NCBI GenBank assembly: GCA_963841015.1
Contig: CAWJAX010000003.1
Location: 544,001-608,000 of the forward strand
DNA from: an uncultured Methanoregulaceae archaeon
GTDB lineage: Archaea; Halobacteriota; Methanomicrobia; Methanomicrobiales; Methanospirillaceae
Reading direction: 5' to 3'
Length of the DNA: 64,000 nt
The notes under the pieces are model-generated. The model did not search any database. It was given only the letters and a program-made list of their open reading frames with translations, and had not been told where the DNA came from. Both the position numbers and the translations under genes were made by a program. Below are positions 10,279 through 20,446 of the stretch, one piece after another. How positions within the stretch are numbered: position 1 is the first letter of the stretch; every line of letters starts with the position of its first letter.

Positions 10279-10479
10279 GAGGGCAGGAACCCTTCGCGAA
10301 GAGAAGTCTCCGTCGGAGAATGCGATTGCCGGGAATCCACGTCCCCGATGCACAGATTCATACATCCAAACAGGAAAAATAATAAAACAAGGTATATTAT
10401 TTTAAAAACCACATTTTCCAGCTTTGAAAAATCAGGGAATAAATACCATTAATACCTTCCCACAACCAAAATTGAGAAG

Positions 10480-11020
10480 ATGTCCGCACCAAAGTCTGCC
10501 GGCGGTCAGACCCAGGATGAGATTATGGCAGTCTCCCTGTTCAAGCTGGGACTCCGCAGCACAGACACCTTGCTTGAGATTGGCTGCGGAACCGGCAAAG
10601 TCTCGATAGCTGCTGCACAGCGAGTGAAAAAAGTCTTTTCCATCGATAAAAGGCCCGAAGCAATAAAGACTGCACGGGAATCGGCAGAAAAAACTACTCT
10701 GCACAACCTGGAATTTTTTTTGTACGGATGCTGCCGCTTTTCTTGCATCAGACCGTATTTTTGATTGTGCTTTTGTAGGCGGAACACAGCAGCTAACCCA
10801 GATCCTCCCTGTCCTTACAAAAAAAGTGAGGAGAACAATTGTGGTAAACGCGGTTCTTTTGAGCACACTGAGTCAGGCAGTTACGACCATGCAGCAGTCT
10901 GGCATATTATGTGAAGTTGTCCAGGTACAGGTCGCACGATCGCACGAGATTGCGGAAAGCATCATGTTCAAACCGATCGACCCGGTCTACGTGATCGTCG
11001 GGAAGGGAACTGCATGCTGA
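10480..11020 (+). CDS. cbiT: Cobalt-precorrin-6B C15-methyltransferase (decarboxylating), frameshifted in the T-run near 10715
   Basis: T.DEI.A..L.KL, SAM motif LEIGCGTG, then in the shifted frame FDCAFVGGT...IVVNAV...FKPIDPVYVI; first gene of the cbi operon. Confidence 0.85.
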
Positions 11021-11619
11021 TAGGTCTGGGACTGGGGCCGGGAAATCCTGAACTTCTTACCCTGCGGGCTGTACGGCTGCTCAAAGAGGCAGATACGGTG
11101 TTCGTACCGGGACGGATCGCCTATGATCTCGTAGCACCGTATCGTGATGCGGTGATACTCAAATTCCCGATGACCGAGGATGAATCCCTGATCAGGAAGT
11201 GCCTTTTAGAGAATGCAGAGAAGATTGCTTCTGCAGCACAAAGTGGTCTTGCGGTTTTTGGCATTCTGGGTGATCCGAATTTCTTCTCCACATTCTCACG
11301 GTTGTGCAGTATTCTGGCAGAGAAATATCCCGCTCTGGAATACCGGACAGAACCCGGGATCAGCTCAATCACTGCATTTGCGGCTGCTGCCGGTATCTCG
11401 CTCAATGGTGGTTTTACTGTATCCGACGGACCTGAACCCGATTCGCGGATTCTTCTCAAGGTAAAACATCCAAAGGAAAAGGCTGAGGAACTCCGCAGGG
11501 ACGGCTACCGTGAGTTTGTGCTGGTCGAGCGGATGTACTTTGCTGACATGAAAGTGTACAGGAATAACGATCTCCCGGAGAAAAGCGATTACTTAAGCGT
11601 CATGTATGCGAGGCGTTAA
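11014..11619 (+). CDS. cbiL: Cobalt-factor II C20-methyltransferase
   Basis: GLGPGNPELLTLRA, LGDPNFFSTF, PGISS motifs; operon position. Confidence 0.88.
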   Translation: MLIGLGLGPGNPELLTLRAVRLLKEADTVFVPGRIAYDLVAPYRDAVILKFPMTEDESLIRKCLLENAEKIASAAQSGLAVFGILGDPNFFSTFSRLCSILAEKYPALEYRTEPGISSITAFAAAAGISLNGGFTVSDGPEPDSRILLKVKHPKEKAEELRRDGYREFVLVERMYFADMKVYRNNDLPEKSDYLSVMYARR

Positions 11620-11621
11620 TC

Positions 11622-12341
11622 GTGCAGGCAAAGGTCTGGTTTGTCGGAGCAGGTCCCGGAAACCCTGACCTTATTACCGTCAAGGGACTCTCCCTTCTCC
11701 GAAATGCAGATGTTCTCATCTATGCCGGATCCCTGGTCAATCCTGTGCTCATCGAAAAGTCCGGAGCAGCAATCAAGCTTGACAGCTGGGGTATGCATCT
11801 GGATGAGCTTGTAACAGCGATGGAGATGCCGGCCAAATCCGGAAAAACCGTTGTCAGGCTCCATTCCGGTGACCCCTCGCTCTATGGGGCGATCGTCGAG
11901 CAGATTGAAGAACTGGAGAGGCGGGGGATCACCGTCGAGATCGTCCCCGGGGTATCATCACTCTTTGCAGCGGCAGCTGCACTGGGGACCCAGCTTACCC
12001 TTCGCGGGGTGTCTGAATCCCTGATTGTTACGCGACCGGCCGGAAAAACGCTCACTCACGACCAGATCGCAGAACTCTCATCCCTTGGTTCTACCATGGT
12101 CATCTTCCTCGGCACCGAAAAACTCGGGGAGATTACAAAAAAACTGAATTGTCCGCAGGACACACCGGCAGCAGTTGTGTATCACGCATCATGGCCGGAT
12201 CAGAAAATTGTACGGGGAACCATTGCAGATATTGCACAAAAAGCACAAGCTCACGGGATCGAACACACAGCACTCCTGATTGTAGGGGGTGTGGTTGACC
12301 CCCACAGGAAAGGTTACACGAGGTCATATCTCTACTCATGA
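11622..12341 (+). CDS. cbiF: Cobalt-precorrin-4 C11-methyltransferase
   Basis: VGAGPGNPDLITVKG, YAGSLV, RLHSGDPSLYGA, ASWPDQ, SYLY C-terminus. Confidence 0.93.
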   Translation: MQAKVWFVGAGPGNPDLITVKGLSLLRNADVLIYAGSLVNPVLIEKSGAAIKLDSWGMHLDELVTAMEMPAKSGKTVVRLHSGDPSLYGAIVEQIEELERRGITVEIVPGVSSLFAAAAALGTQLTLRGVSESLIVTRPAGKTLTHDQIAELSSLGSTMVIFLGTEKLGEITKKLNCPQDTPAAVVYHASWPDQKIVRGTIADIAQKAQAHGIEHTALLIVGGVVDPHRKGYTRSYLYS

Positions 12342-13211
12342 ATGATACGGTAGTCATCGCACTCTCCCGGTTTTTGGGCGAAGCAGAACAGGTCGCAAAG
12401 TTTCTTGGCGCTGATGTCCGGTTGTATACCCCTACAATTTTTTCAAAGCTGTTTCCGAATACACGGCGGATTGTCGCAATCATGTCGATGGGAATTGTTG
12501 TGCGCAGGATCGCTCCTCTGATGAATAATAAATGGAATGATCCCGCGGTGGTCGTGGTGAGCCCTGACCTTACCTACGCCATTCCGGTTATCGGCGGTCA
12601 TCATGGAGCAAATGAACTCGCAAAAGAGTTGTCAGCACTGGGTATCCGGCCGGTTATCACAACAGCAACTGAAGCTGACCGGCAGGGATTCTGTTGAAGC
12701 ACTCGCTCAACGAAGCAAATGTGAGGTCGTTAACAGGGAGTCAACACGAAAGGTGAATGCCGCTATGCTTGACGTGGATGTCCCGGTTTTTACCGTGAAA
12801 GGTCCCGGCATAGTCATAGCAGGTTCAGATGTTTCCATCCTGTTAAAGAAAGGGGAATATACTGTTGGTGTCGGGTGTCGCAAAGGAGTGAAAAGCCAGG
12901 AAGTTATCGATGCGATACGCAAGGCACTTGAAGAAGCAAAGGTGGCAGAACACGAAGTACTGGTCTATGCAACAACGCAGAAGAAGAGTGGTGAGAAAGG
13001 ACTCCTCCAGGCAATCTCTGCCCTTTCTGGCAACTTGATATTCCTTGACGATGATACCATAAACGCTCATGGCGGGGTTACCCCGTCCCGGGCAACAAAG
13101 ATCGGGCTTTTGGGTGTTGCCGAGCCAGCTGCCCTTGCCGTCGCAAAAAGAAAACAGCTTGTCATGCACAAGAAAGTATACGGGAGAGTTACGGTTGCCA
13201 TCGCACACTGA
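12338..13211 (+). CDS. cbiG: Cobalt-precorrin-5A hydrolase, frameshifted near 12676
   Basis: GIVVR.IAP...K..DPAVVV, GGHHGANELA, VITTATE; second frame VGVGCRKG...GVAEPAAL...VTVAIA. Confidence 0.9.
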
Positions 13212-13980
13212 ACCAAAAAAAGGGAGCCTTGCCATAGTCGGTCTTGGGCCCGGACGCAGGGAATACATGACCCCCCGGGCACTCAAGGTAATAGCCTGCG
13301 CGGACTATGTGATTGGCAATGCCCTCTATCTTGATCCTCTTGAACCATTACTTTCGGGAAAAACCGTGATCCGGAGCTCGATGGGAAAAGAGGTTGAACG
13401 GGCGCAACAGGCAATCGATCTTGCCCAGTCCTCCGTGGTTGCGATCGTCTCCGGAGGAGATGCCGGGGTCTATGGCATGGCGAGCATCGTCCTTGAAGTC
13501 CTCGAACATTCCGGTGCTGAGATCGATGTCGAGGTGATCCCGGGTGTCACCGCGGCAAATGCTGCAGCATCAAGGATCGGATCTCCCCTGTCCGGTGATT
13601 TTGCAGTCATCAGTTTATCGGACCTGTTGACCCCGCTCGAGGTGATTGAGCAACGGCTTGACGCGGTCTTTTCAGTAGGGATCCCGGTAGTGCTCTACAA
13701 CCCGAAGAGCCGGGGAAGACCGCATAATTTTGCACTTGCCATAGCACATGCCCGCAAGTATCTTGGGGCAGAAACACCCATAGCAATCATCAGGAACGCG
13801 TTACGCGATGATGAAGAAGTGATCGTGACGACACTCTCCGACGTGGAAAAGGTTGAGAACGCTGTGGACATGCATACAACAGTAATTATCGGGGGAAAAG
13901 AAAGCAGGATATGGAGGATGGGTGACGATGTCAAAGGAATTATCACGCCACGGGGATACCACCACAAATACGTATATTGA
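13195..13980 (+). CDS. cbiH: Cobalt-factor III C17-methyltransferase
   Basis: VGLGPG, SGGDAGVYGMA, ISLSDLLTP, LYNPKS, VDMHT, TPRGY motifs; TTG start inferred. Confidence 0.92.
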   Translation: MPSHTEPKKGSLAIVGLGPGRREYMTPRALKVIACADYVIGNALYLDPLEPLLSGKTVIRSSMGKEVERAQQAIDLAQSSVVAIVSGGDAGVYGMASIVLEVLEHSGAEIDVEVIPGVTAANAAASRIGSPLSGDFAVISLSDLLTPLEVIEQRLDAVFSVGIPVVLYNPKSRGRPHNFALAIAHARKYLGAETPIAIIRNALRDDEEVIVTTLSDVEKVENAVDMHTTVIIGGKESRIWRMGDDVKGIITPRGYHHKYVY

Positions 13981-14590
13981 TCCCGGTGCTGAAACCAAAG
14001 AAGCCTACGAGATCTCGAAAAAATCGCGGACACTTGCACGAACCATGGTTGGTAATGCAAATGACGAAGACCGTGTCCGGCAGCGGTGTTCTATCGCCGT
14101 CGGTGATTTTGGCATGGCTGAACTTATGAGATTCCAGCGTGATCCTATTGCCGCAGCACTGGCTGCACTGGAGCAGAACGCACTCATTATCACCGATATC
14201 CGCATGGTGCAGGTCGGGATCCAGAAAAAGGGGCACGCAAGCGAAGTGCTGTGTGCACTTGACTTCGGAGCAGGGATCGCAAAGGAGCAGGGAATTACCC
14301 GGAGTTCAGCCGGCTTTCTTGCCCTCAGGGAAAAACTTGCAGGGTCGATCGTCGTCATTGGCAACGCACCGTCAGCACTCCTGTCCCTGTGCGAAATGAT
14401 CAAAGCGGGAATTCACCCGGCCATTATCATCGGAGCCCCGGTAGGATTTGTCAACGCAGCGGAGTCAAAGGAACTGCTCCGCACGAGTGATGTGCCTTCG
14501 ATTTCAACGGAAGGAACACGGGGAGGCACACCGGTTGCAGTTGCCGCCATGAACGAGTGCATCACGATATTTATAGAAAGGCACCACTGA
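13928..14590 (+). CDS. cbiC: Cobalt-precorrin-8 methylmutase
   Basis: TRS..G, VIGNAPSAL, GAPVGFVNAAESKE, G.RGGTPVAVA. Confidence 0.92.
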   Translation: MSKELSRHGDTTTNTYIDPGAETKEAYEISKKSRTLARTMVGNANDEDRVRQRCSIAVGDFGMAELMRFQRDPIAAALAALEQNALIITDIRMVQVGIQKKGHASEVLCALDFGAGIAKEQGITRSSAGFLALREKLAGSIVVIGNAPSALLSLCEMIKAGIHPAIIIGAPVGFVNAAESKELLRTSDVPSISTEGTRGGTPVAVAAMNECITIFIERHH

Positions 14591-15594
14591 TGAGAGATCC
14601 GGTCACCGGCTTTGATTATCCTGAAGCGTGGGTGAAGAAGTGTTCATCCCCGGATTTACTCCATCTTGCAGAGGAAGGGTTGGCAGTCCTTACTTCCTCG
14701 GGTACAGTGATCCGGCGCGGCTATACCACGGGAACAACCGCTGCTGCTGCCTGCAAAGCTGCCATTCTTTCTCTTTCCGGTGTTGTGACCTCGGTTCCTG
14801 TCCATATCCCCTGCGGGCTTGTAGTTTCTGTCCCGGTCTTTGCATTAGCCGGGAATGCCTCCTGTAAAAAATTTGCCGGAGATTATCCGGATGATGTGAC
14901 TGCTGATTGTGAGTTTATCGCAGAAGCAAAACCGTTACCGGAAGGAATCCGGTTTGTTCCGGGGGAGGGGATCGGGCGGTTTTCACGCGACACCCCCCGC
15001 TTCCGGAAAGGAGAACCGGCTATCAGTCCTGCTCCGCTGGAATGTATCCTCACCTCTATACAGGAAGCAATGGACCAGCAGGAACTTTCAGGTGTCCGGG
15101 TCAAGCTCCAGATCCCCCATGGTGTTGAGATTGCAAAAAAAACTCTTAATTCCCGGGTAGGTATCGAGAGAGGAATCTCCGTGCTCGGTACTACCGGTCT
15201 CGTCGAACCATGGGATGATCATCTTGAAGATGCTATGCGGGAACGCGTATCCACATCCCACGATGCAGTACTCACTACCGGTCGTATCGGGCTCCGGTAC
15301 GCACGCCTCCTCTATCCGGATCGTGATATTGTGCTCGTGGGCGGGAAAATCGGAGAAGCACTCGAAGCAGCCAAAGGAGAGGTGATCCTTTTTGGCCTCC
15401 CGGCACTCATACTGCGGTATATCAATCCGCTTATCCTCGATGGGACTGGGTATGCCACTATTGAGGAATTTGCAGGATCTCCCGCATTTGACCCTGCCAT
15501 GAATGCCAGCCTTATGCAATTCAAAAAAGACTACCCGCAGGTCAGGGTAGTTCTTGTGAACCGGAATGGTGTGATTATCGGAGAAAGCCCATGA
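14590..15594 (+). CDS. cbiD: Cobalt-precorrin-5B C1-methyltransferase
   Basis: RRGYTTGTTAAAA.KAA, K.AGD..DVT, TLNSRVGI..GISVLGTTGLVEP. Confidence 0.93.
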   Translation: MRDPVTGFDYPEAWVKKCSSPDLLHLAEEGLAVLTSSGTVIRRGYTTGTTAAAACKAAILSLSGVVTSVPVHIPCGLVVSVPVFALAGNASCKKFAGDYPDDVTADCEFIAEAKPLPEGIRFVPGEGIGRFSRDTPRFRKGEPAISPAPLECILTSIQEAMDQQELSGVRVKLQIPHGVEIAKKTLNSRVGIERGISVLGTTGLVEPWDDHLEDAMRERVSTSHDAVLTTGRIGLRYARLLYPDRDIVLVGGKIGEALEAAKGEVILFGLPALILRYINPLILDGTGYATIEEFAGSPAFDPAMNASLMQFKKDYPQVRVVLVNRNGVIIGESP

Positions 15595-16172
15595 AAATTA
15601 TAGGAGTCGGTTGCGGACCAGGGATGCTCACCGAACAGGCAATCCGTGAGATTTCCCGGGCTACCATTATCTTCGGATCAGACCGGGCAATCGAACTGGC
15701 AAAATCACATATTCCATTTGACTGTACGGTAAAAACAATCGATGACTTCAAAAATCTTGACAAACTCGCAAAAGACGCCATTATTCTTTCCACCGGCGAT
15801 CCAATGCTTGCCGGATTAGGATATTTAAGGGGTGAAGTTATTCCCGGAATATCATCCCTCCAGGTCGCAACAGCCCGGTTGCATATTCCCGTTTCACGGG
15901 TATCAGTTGTTGTAGCACATGGCAAGGGACATGAAAAGGGCATGCAGGATACTGTTGAAGAGGTAAAACGTGGGAAGATCGTTTTCCTGCTGGCTGATCC
16001 AAAGTTCGACGTTCATGAGCTCTACGCAAGGCTTGAGACACTTTCCATTCCCCTGAATATTGCACTCTGTGAAAATCTCGGGTATCCTGAAGAACGCATC
16101 CTTATTCGGGACATCCGCTCTCCCCCCAACCCGGCTGAAGCACTCTATTCCCTGGTTATCGGAAATTTCTGA
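15591..16172 (+). CDS. cbiE: Cobalt-precorrin-7 C5-methyltransferase
   Basis: IGVGCGPG.LT, LSTGDPM.AGLG, PGISSLQ.A.ARL, ENLGYPEERI. Confidence 0.9.
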   Translation: MKIIGVGCGPGMLTEQAIREISRATIIFGSDRAIELAKSHIPFDCTVKTIDDFKNLDKLAKDAIILSTGDPMLAGLGYLRGEVIPGISSLQVATARLHIPVSRVSVVVAHGKGHEKGMQDTVEEVKRGKIVFLLADPKFDVHELYARLETLSIPLNIALCENLGYPEERILIRDIRSPPNPAEALYSLVIGNF

Positions 16173-16261
16173 CCAGACCAGATTTCCTTTTAGATTTATC
16201 GTGGAACAACAAAGTCTTTTTCCTGCCGGATTCGATACGTTTAATGAAAGGAAGTATACCG

Positions 16262-16438
16262 ATGGATAAAAAAACCAAAACACAGGTCAGTCTTGTATTG
16301 TTAATTATTGGTCTGATAATGCTCTTCATTCCTTACTTAAAATATTTTGATTCGATAGTTCCGGGGATATCCCAGTCTTTTAATCTTATGTTCTACCTGG
16401 GACTCGTGTTGATCGTTATCGGATACTACCTTAAATAA
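16262..16438 (+). CDS. Small two-TM membrane protein
   Basis: 58 aa from MDKKTK, two hydrophobic segments; TTTAAT box shortly upstream. Confidence 0.55.
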   Translation: MDKKTKTQVSLVLLIIGLIMLFIPYLKYFDSIVPGISQSFNLMFYLGLVLIVIGYYLK

Positions 16439-16461
16439 CGGGTACAGGTGAAGAAGAACCC

Positions 16462-16986
16462 TTATTTTTTTCCAGGCTCGCTGGCATCAGGTTTTTTTAC
16501 CTCTTCAATTTTAATTTCACACTGGCGATCGCCGGTACACATGGTCCTGACAAACCGTGCAGAGTACCCCTTATTCAGGAGTGGCACCGTAGTCAGGGTT
16601 AACACCATGCACTTGTGGAACGTGGAGGGGTCTCCCGCTTCCCGGTCAAGACCGCTGTCCGGTAACGGGCATCGTTTGACAAGAACCACCGCACCGCTCG
16701 GGGATATTTCAAGGGTTTCAGCAGTATAATCAGGGCCAAAGAGAATCCCCATAACAATCCGCATACTGTCAGCAAGCTGACCCGCATTACCATCAGGGAG
16801 AGAGAGATCGTGGACAATATCAGATGCCATACGTGAGAGTTCCATCCAGATCTCCTGCTCGATCTCATCGTATTTCTCTCCAACAACTCCCCGGTATGCA
16901 GAATCATAAAGAGCAGGGAGAAGAGCCGCCAGCTGTGCGGCAAGACGCCATTTCACGCCATCGGGAATAGATTTCAGGTCCGGCAC
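16462..16986 (-). CDS. Hypothetical protein with V4R/ATC-hydrolase-like Cys pattern
   Basis: VKRCP...HKC...MCTGDRQCEI.I spacing. Confidence 0.6.
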   Translation of the reverse strand: MPDLKSIPDGVKWRLAAQLAALLPALYDSAYRGVVGEKYDEIEQEIWMELSRMASDIVHDLSLPDGNAGQLADSMRIVMGILFGPDYTAETLEISPSGAVVLVKRCPLPDSGLDREAGDPSTFHKCMVLTLTTVPLLNKGYSARFVRTMCTGDRQCEIKIEEVKKPDASEPGKK

Positions 16987-17277
16987 AGGAATCCCCTCTA
17001 CCCGATTCTATCGTTGAAACAGCATATCAATACATTGGTTTGAAATATTGTTTGATAGATCAATACATTTTTCATCATGGATCATGGGGAATTAAATTCT
17101 GTCAATTATTCTGACAGGGAAGACATGAGGGGAACAAAGCCCTTTTCGTAGTACAAACATGAATTTTCAAAAGCAGAAAGATGGGGAAAATTTTTGAGAT
17201 GAGAGTGAAATATTTTTGTGTTCCCCGCATTGATCTGTTGTTTCCTGTCGAAAGCCTGTATAAATGACGGTTTCAGC

Positions 17278-17637
17278 TTACCTGCCGCAGTAGAGATCAA
17301 TCGATTTTTCGATGCACAACGTGGCTTCTTTGGCCTGCCCAAGTTTCTTCAGACTCATTCCTTTGTTAAACCACGCTTCTGCATGGCCGGGATCGATCTG
17401 TAGTGCTTTGTCATAGGATGCGATCGCATCTTCTGGTTTACCCTGGCAATCCTGACAATTCCCCAGTAAGGTATATGCCTCTGCATACCGGGGATATTTA
17501 TCGATTGCTTTTTTAAGATAATTCTCTGCTGATGCATGATCTCCTGCCATTGCTTTCTCCTGCGCCTGCCTGACCAGATATTCGGCTTCTCTTACGGTGC
17601 TGTGCATTGCCTGAAGTTCCATTTTTACTACCTCCAT
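17278..17637 (-). CDS. Tetratricopeptide repeat protein
   Basis: AEAY..LG..., EDAIASYDKALQIDP..AEAWFNKG repeats. Confidence 0.88.
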   Translation of the reverse strand: MEVVKMELQAMHSTVREAEYLVRQAQEKAMAGDHASAENYLKKAIDKYPRYAEAYTLLGNCQDCQGKPEDAIASYDKALQIDPGHAEAWFNKGMSLKKLGQAKEATLCIEKSIDLYCGR

Positions 17638-18381
17638 GCCACGTGATCATCGCCAGGATGCTCCGTGACTGAATTTTAATAATTTTTATTTATTTATATT
17701 AATTTGCACAATATAATTGCAATATATATATGAAATACAGGTCTGCATCAAAGGTTGCCATGCAAATATTCTTTTTGATATTCACCGAGGAAGATATCTT
17801 CTCATTCTACTGGTAACCTTCCTCATAAGGAATTCTCTCTGTGCACGAATACAGCAGTTCATCGAATTATTACTATTCATCCTGACTGGACAACCCCGCC
17901 AGTCGTTAATGAATGCATTTTTTAGTTACAGAAAAAAGAGGAATCTGTATTGCCGGAGAGCGATTGATGTAGTAAAAAGCAATGATCAGTAGTCAAGATC
18001 CGCCAAAATTTTCCCTTGTAAGAAAATAGATTGCAGAAATTCATATTATTTGAGGAAAACGTTTGGTCAGGGCAATGGCAGTTCCGTTGCTGGTAATAAT
18101 GAAAGGCATAAAAATCCTGAACCTGTTTTCATTTCATTAGTAAAAATACTAAGATATTCAGAAAGAAAAACGGTTTTCAAGAAGATATTTACTATTTAAT
18201 CCATGCGTTTGCGGCAAATGCCATTAGTGTTTCATGAATGATAATAACTAAAAACTGTAAATTTTGATTGAGAGTAAAATATATTAAAAATATATCTTTC
18301 GGATGTTATTTGAATTCCCCACCAATAAATCACAAGGTTTAATCTTGGTTGATCCAATTCGCAATTGTAGGAGGTATTCTT

Positions 18382-20445
18382 ATGGATGTAAAGTACGTAC
18401 CAACCACGTGTCCGTATTGCGGGACCGGCTGCGGCTTCAACCTTGTTGTCAAAGACAAGAAGGTTGTAGGAGTCGCGCCGTGGCACCGCAACCCGGTTAA
18501 CGACGGCAAGCTCTGCCCGAAGGGCAACTATGCCGCAGAATTTATCAACAGTCCTGACCGCCTGACAAAGCCGCTCATCAAGAAGGAGGGGAAATTTGTC
18601 GAGGCGAGCTGGGACGAGGCATACAAGCTGATTGCCGAGAAGTTCAAGATGTATCAGGGCGAACAGAGCGCCTGCCTTGCATCAGCCCGTGTCTCCAACG
18701 AGGAGAACTACCTGATGCAGAAGTTTGCCCGGGCGGTTTTAAAGACCCCCAACATCGACCACTGTGCCCGTCTCTGCCATGCATCGACGGTCGTCGGTCT
18801 GGCCGGTGCGTTCGGGTCCGGTGCGATGACCCAGTCGATTGCCGATATTGCCGAATCCAAGTGTCTCTTAATTATCGGCAGCAACACGTTTGAGACGCAC
18901 CCGCTGATCGGTCGCCGTGTCATGCAGGCCAAGGCGAAGGGTGCGAAAGTCATCTACGCCGACCCGCGGTTCACCCCCACCGGGAAGCAGGCAGACCTGT
19001 ACCTTCCGTTTTACTCCGGAACTGATGTCGCCATCTTCAACTGCTTCATGCAGCAGATCCTGAAGAACGGCTGGGAGAACAAGGACTTCGTTGCGAAACG
19101 GACCAAGGATTTCGAGAAGGTCAAAGAGATCGTCATGAAGGACGCCTATAGTCCGGCAAACGTCTCGAAGATCAGTGGTATCCCCGAAAAGGACCTCATC
19201 ACGGCGGCAGAGTGGTTTGGCAAGTCCGGCCAGTCCGCGGTCCTCTACTCCATGGGTATCACCCAGCACACGACCGGTGTCGACAATGTCAAGTCGATCG
19301 CCAACCTCCAGATGCTCACCGGCAATCTCGGCAGACCTGGTACCGGCATCTGTGCACTGCGTGGCCAGAACAATGTTCAGGGCGCCTGTGACATGGGTGC
19401 TCTTGCCAATGTGTATTCCGGTTATCAGGGAGTCATTGTCCCCGAAAATAAGAAGAAGATGGAGGATGCCTGGGGCTGCGAGATTGCCGAGGGCAAAGTC
19501 GGTTTAACCGTCACCAAGCTGATCAATGTACTTGCTGACGAGCCCGGCAAGGTCAAGTGCGTCTATATCATGGGTGAGAACCCGATGATCTCCGATCCGG
19601 ATCTTCACCATGTTGAAAAGGCAATGAAGAATACCGAATTCATGGTCGTGCAGGATATCTTCATGACCGAGACGGCGAAGTTTGCCCACGTTGTGTTACC
19701 CGCTGCCTGCTATGCTGAGAAGGACGGCACCCAGACCAACACCGAGCGCCGTGTCCAGAAGTGGAGAAAAGCCCAGGAACCGCCCGGCGAGGCCAAGGCC
19801 GACTGGCAGATCTTCTGCGAGCTGGCCAAGCACATGGGATTCGAAAAACAGTTCCCGTACAAGAGTGCAGAAGAGGTATTCACCGAGATCTCCAAGGTCA
19901 CCCCGTCCTATGGTGGCATGGACTATACACGGCTCGAGAAACCCGAAGCCCTGCACTGGCCATGCCCGACAAAGGAGCACCCGGGGACACCCATCCTGCA
20001 CAAGGAGAAGTTCACCCACCCGGACGGACTGGGTATCTTCACGCCGATTGAGTTCAAATACCCGGCAGAAGTTCCGGACAAGGACTACCCGTTGATCCTG
20101 ACCACCGGTCGCTGTATCTGGCAGTGGCACACCGGGACCATGACCCGCCGCTCCGAGAGTCTCGAGCGCGAAGAACCGACCGGCTGGGTCGAGATCAACC
20201 CGGAGGATGCAAAAGCCCTCAATATCAAGGACAAGGAGATGGTCAAGGCCATCACCCGAAGAGGGGAGATCAAGATCGGTGCACGGGTCACCCCCAACAT
20301 CAAGAAAGGTGTAGTCTTCATCCCGTTCCACTACGTGGAATGTGCAGCCAACACACTGACCAACAATGCGCTTGACCCGACGGCAAGTATTCCGGAGTTC
20401 AAGGCCTGTGCTGTGCGGATAGAGAAGATCCCGGAGGTGAAGTAA
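18382..20445 (+). CDS. fdhA: Formate dehydrogenase alpha subunit (Mo/W-bisPGD, Cys-type)
   Basis: CPYCGTGC...LCPKG Fe-S motif, DHCARLCH (Cys, not Sec), LRGQNNVQGACD, PEFKACAV; GGAGGT SD. Confidence 0.96.
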   Translation: MDVKYVPTTCPYCGTGCGFNLVVKDKKVVGVAPWHRNPVNDGKLCPKGNYAAEFINSPDRLTKPLIKKEGKFVEASWDEAYKLIAEKFKMYQGEQSACLASARVSNEENYLMQKFARAVLKTPNIDHCARLCHASTVVGLAGAFGSGAMTQSIADIAESKCLLIIGSNTFETHPLIGRRVMQAKAKGAKVIYADPRFTPTGKQADLYLPFYSGTDVAIFNCFMQQILKNGWENKDFVAKRTKDFEKVKEIVMKDAYSPANVSKISGIPEKDLITAAEWFGKSGQSAVLYSMGITQHTTGVDNVKSIANLQMLTGNLGRPGTGICALRGQNNVQGACDMGALANVYSGYQGVIVPENKKKMEDAWGCEIAEGKVGLTVTKLINVLADEPGKVKCVYIMGENPMISDPDLHHVEKAMKNTEFMVVQDIFMTETAKFAHVVLPAACYAEKDGTQTNTERRVQKWRKAQEPPGEAKADWQIFCELAKHMGFEKQFPYKSAEEVFTEISKVTPSYGGMDYTRLEKPEALHWPCPTKEHPGTPILHKEKFTHPDGLGIFTPIEFKYPAEVPDKDYPLILTTGRCIWQWHTGTMTRRSESLEREEPTGWVEINPEDAKALNIKDKEMVKAITRRGEIKIGARVTPNIKKGVVFIPFHYVECAANTLTNNALDPTASIPEFKACAVRIEKIPEVK

Positions 20446-20446
20446 C

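Noticed and set aside
10100-10360. Cobalamin, c-di-GMP or c-di-AMP riboswitch upstream of the cbi operon
   Set aside because: Only short look-alike fragments (GGCGAAACTACAAGGGTCT and TGGGCTGAATC on the minus strand). No B12 box or complete consensus could be assembled.
17717-18340. Short ORFs in the TPR-fdhA spacer
   Set aside because: AT-rich regulatory-looking DNA with no motifs or ribosome-binding sites.
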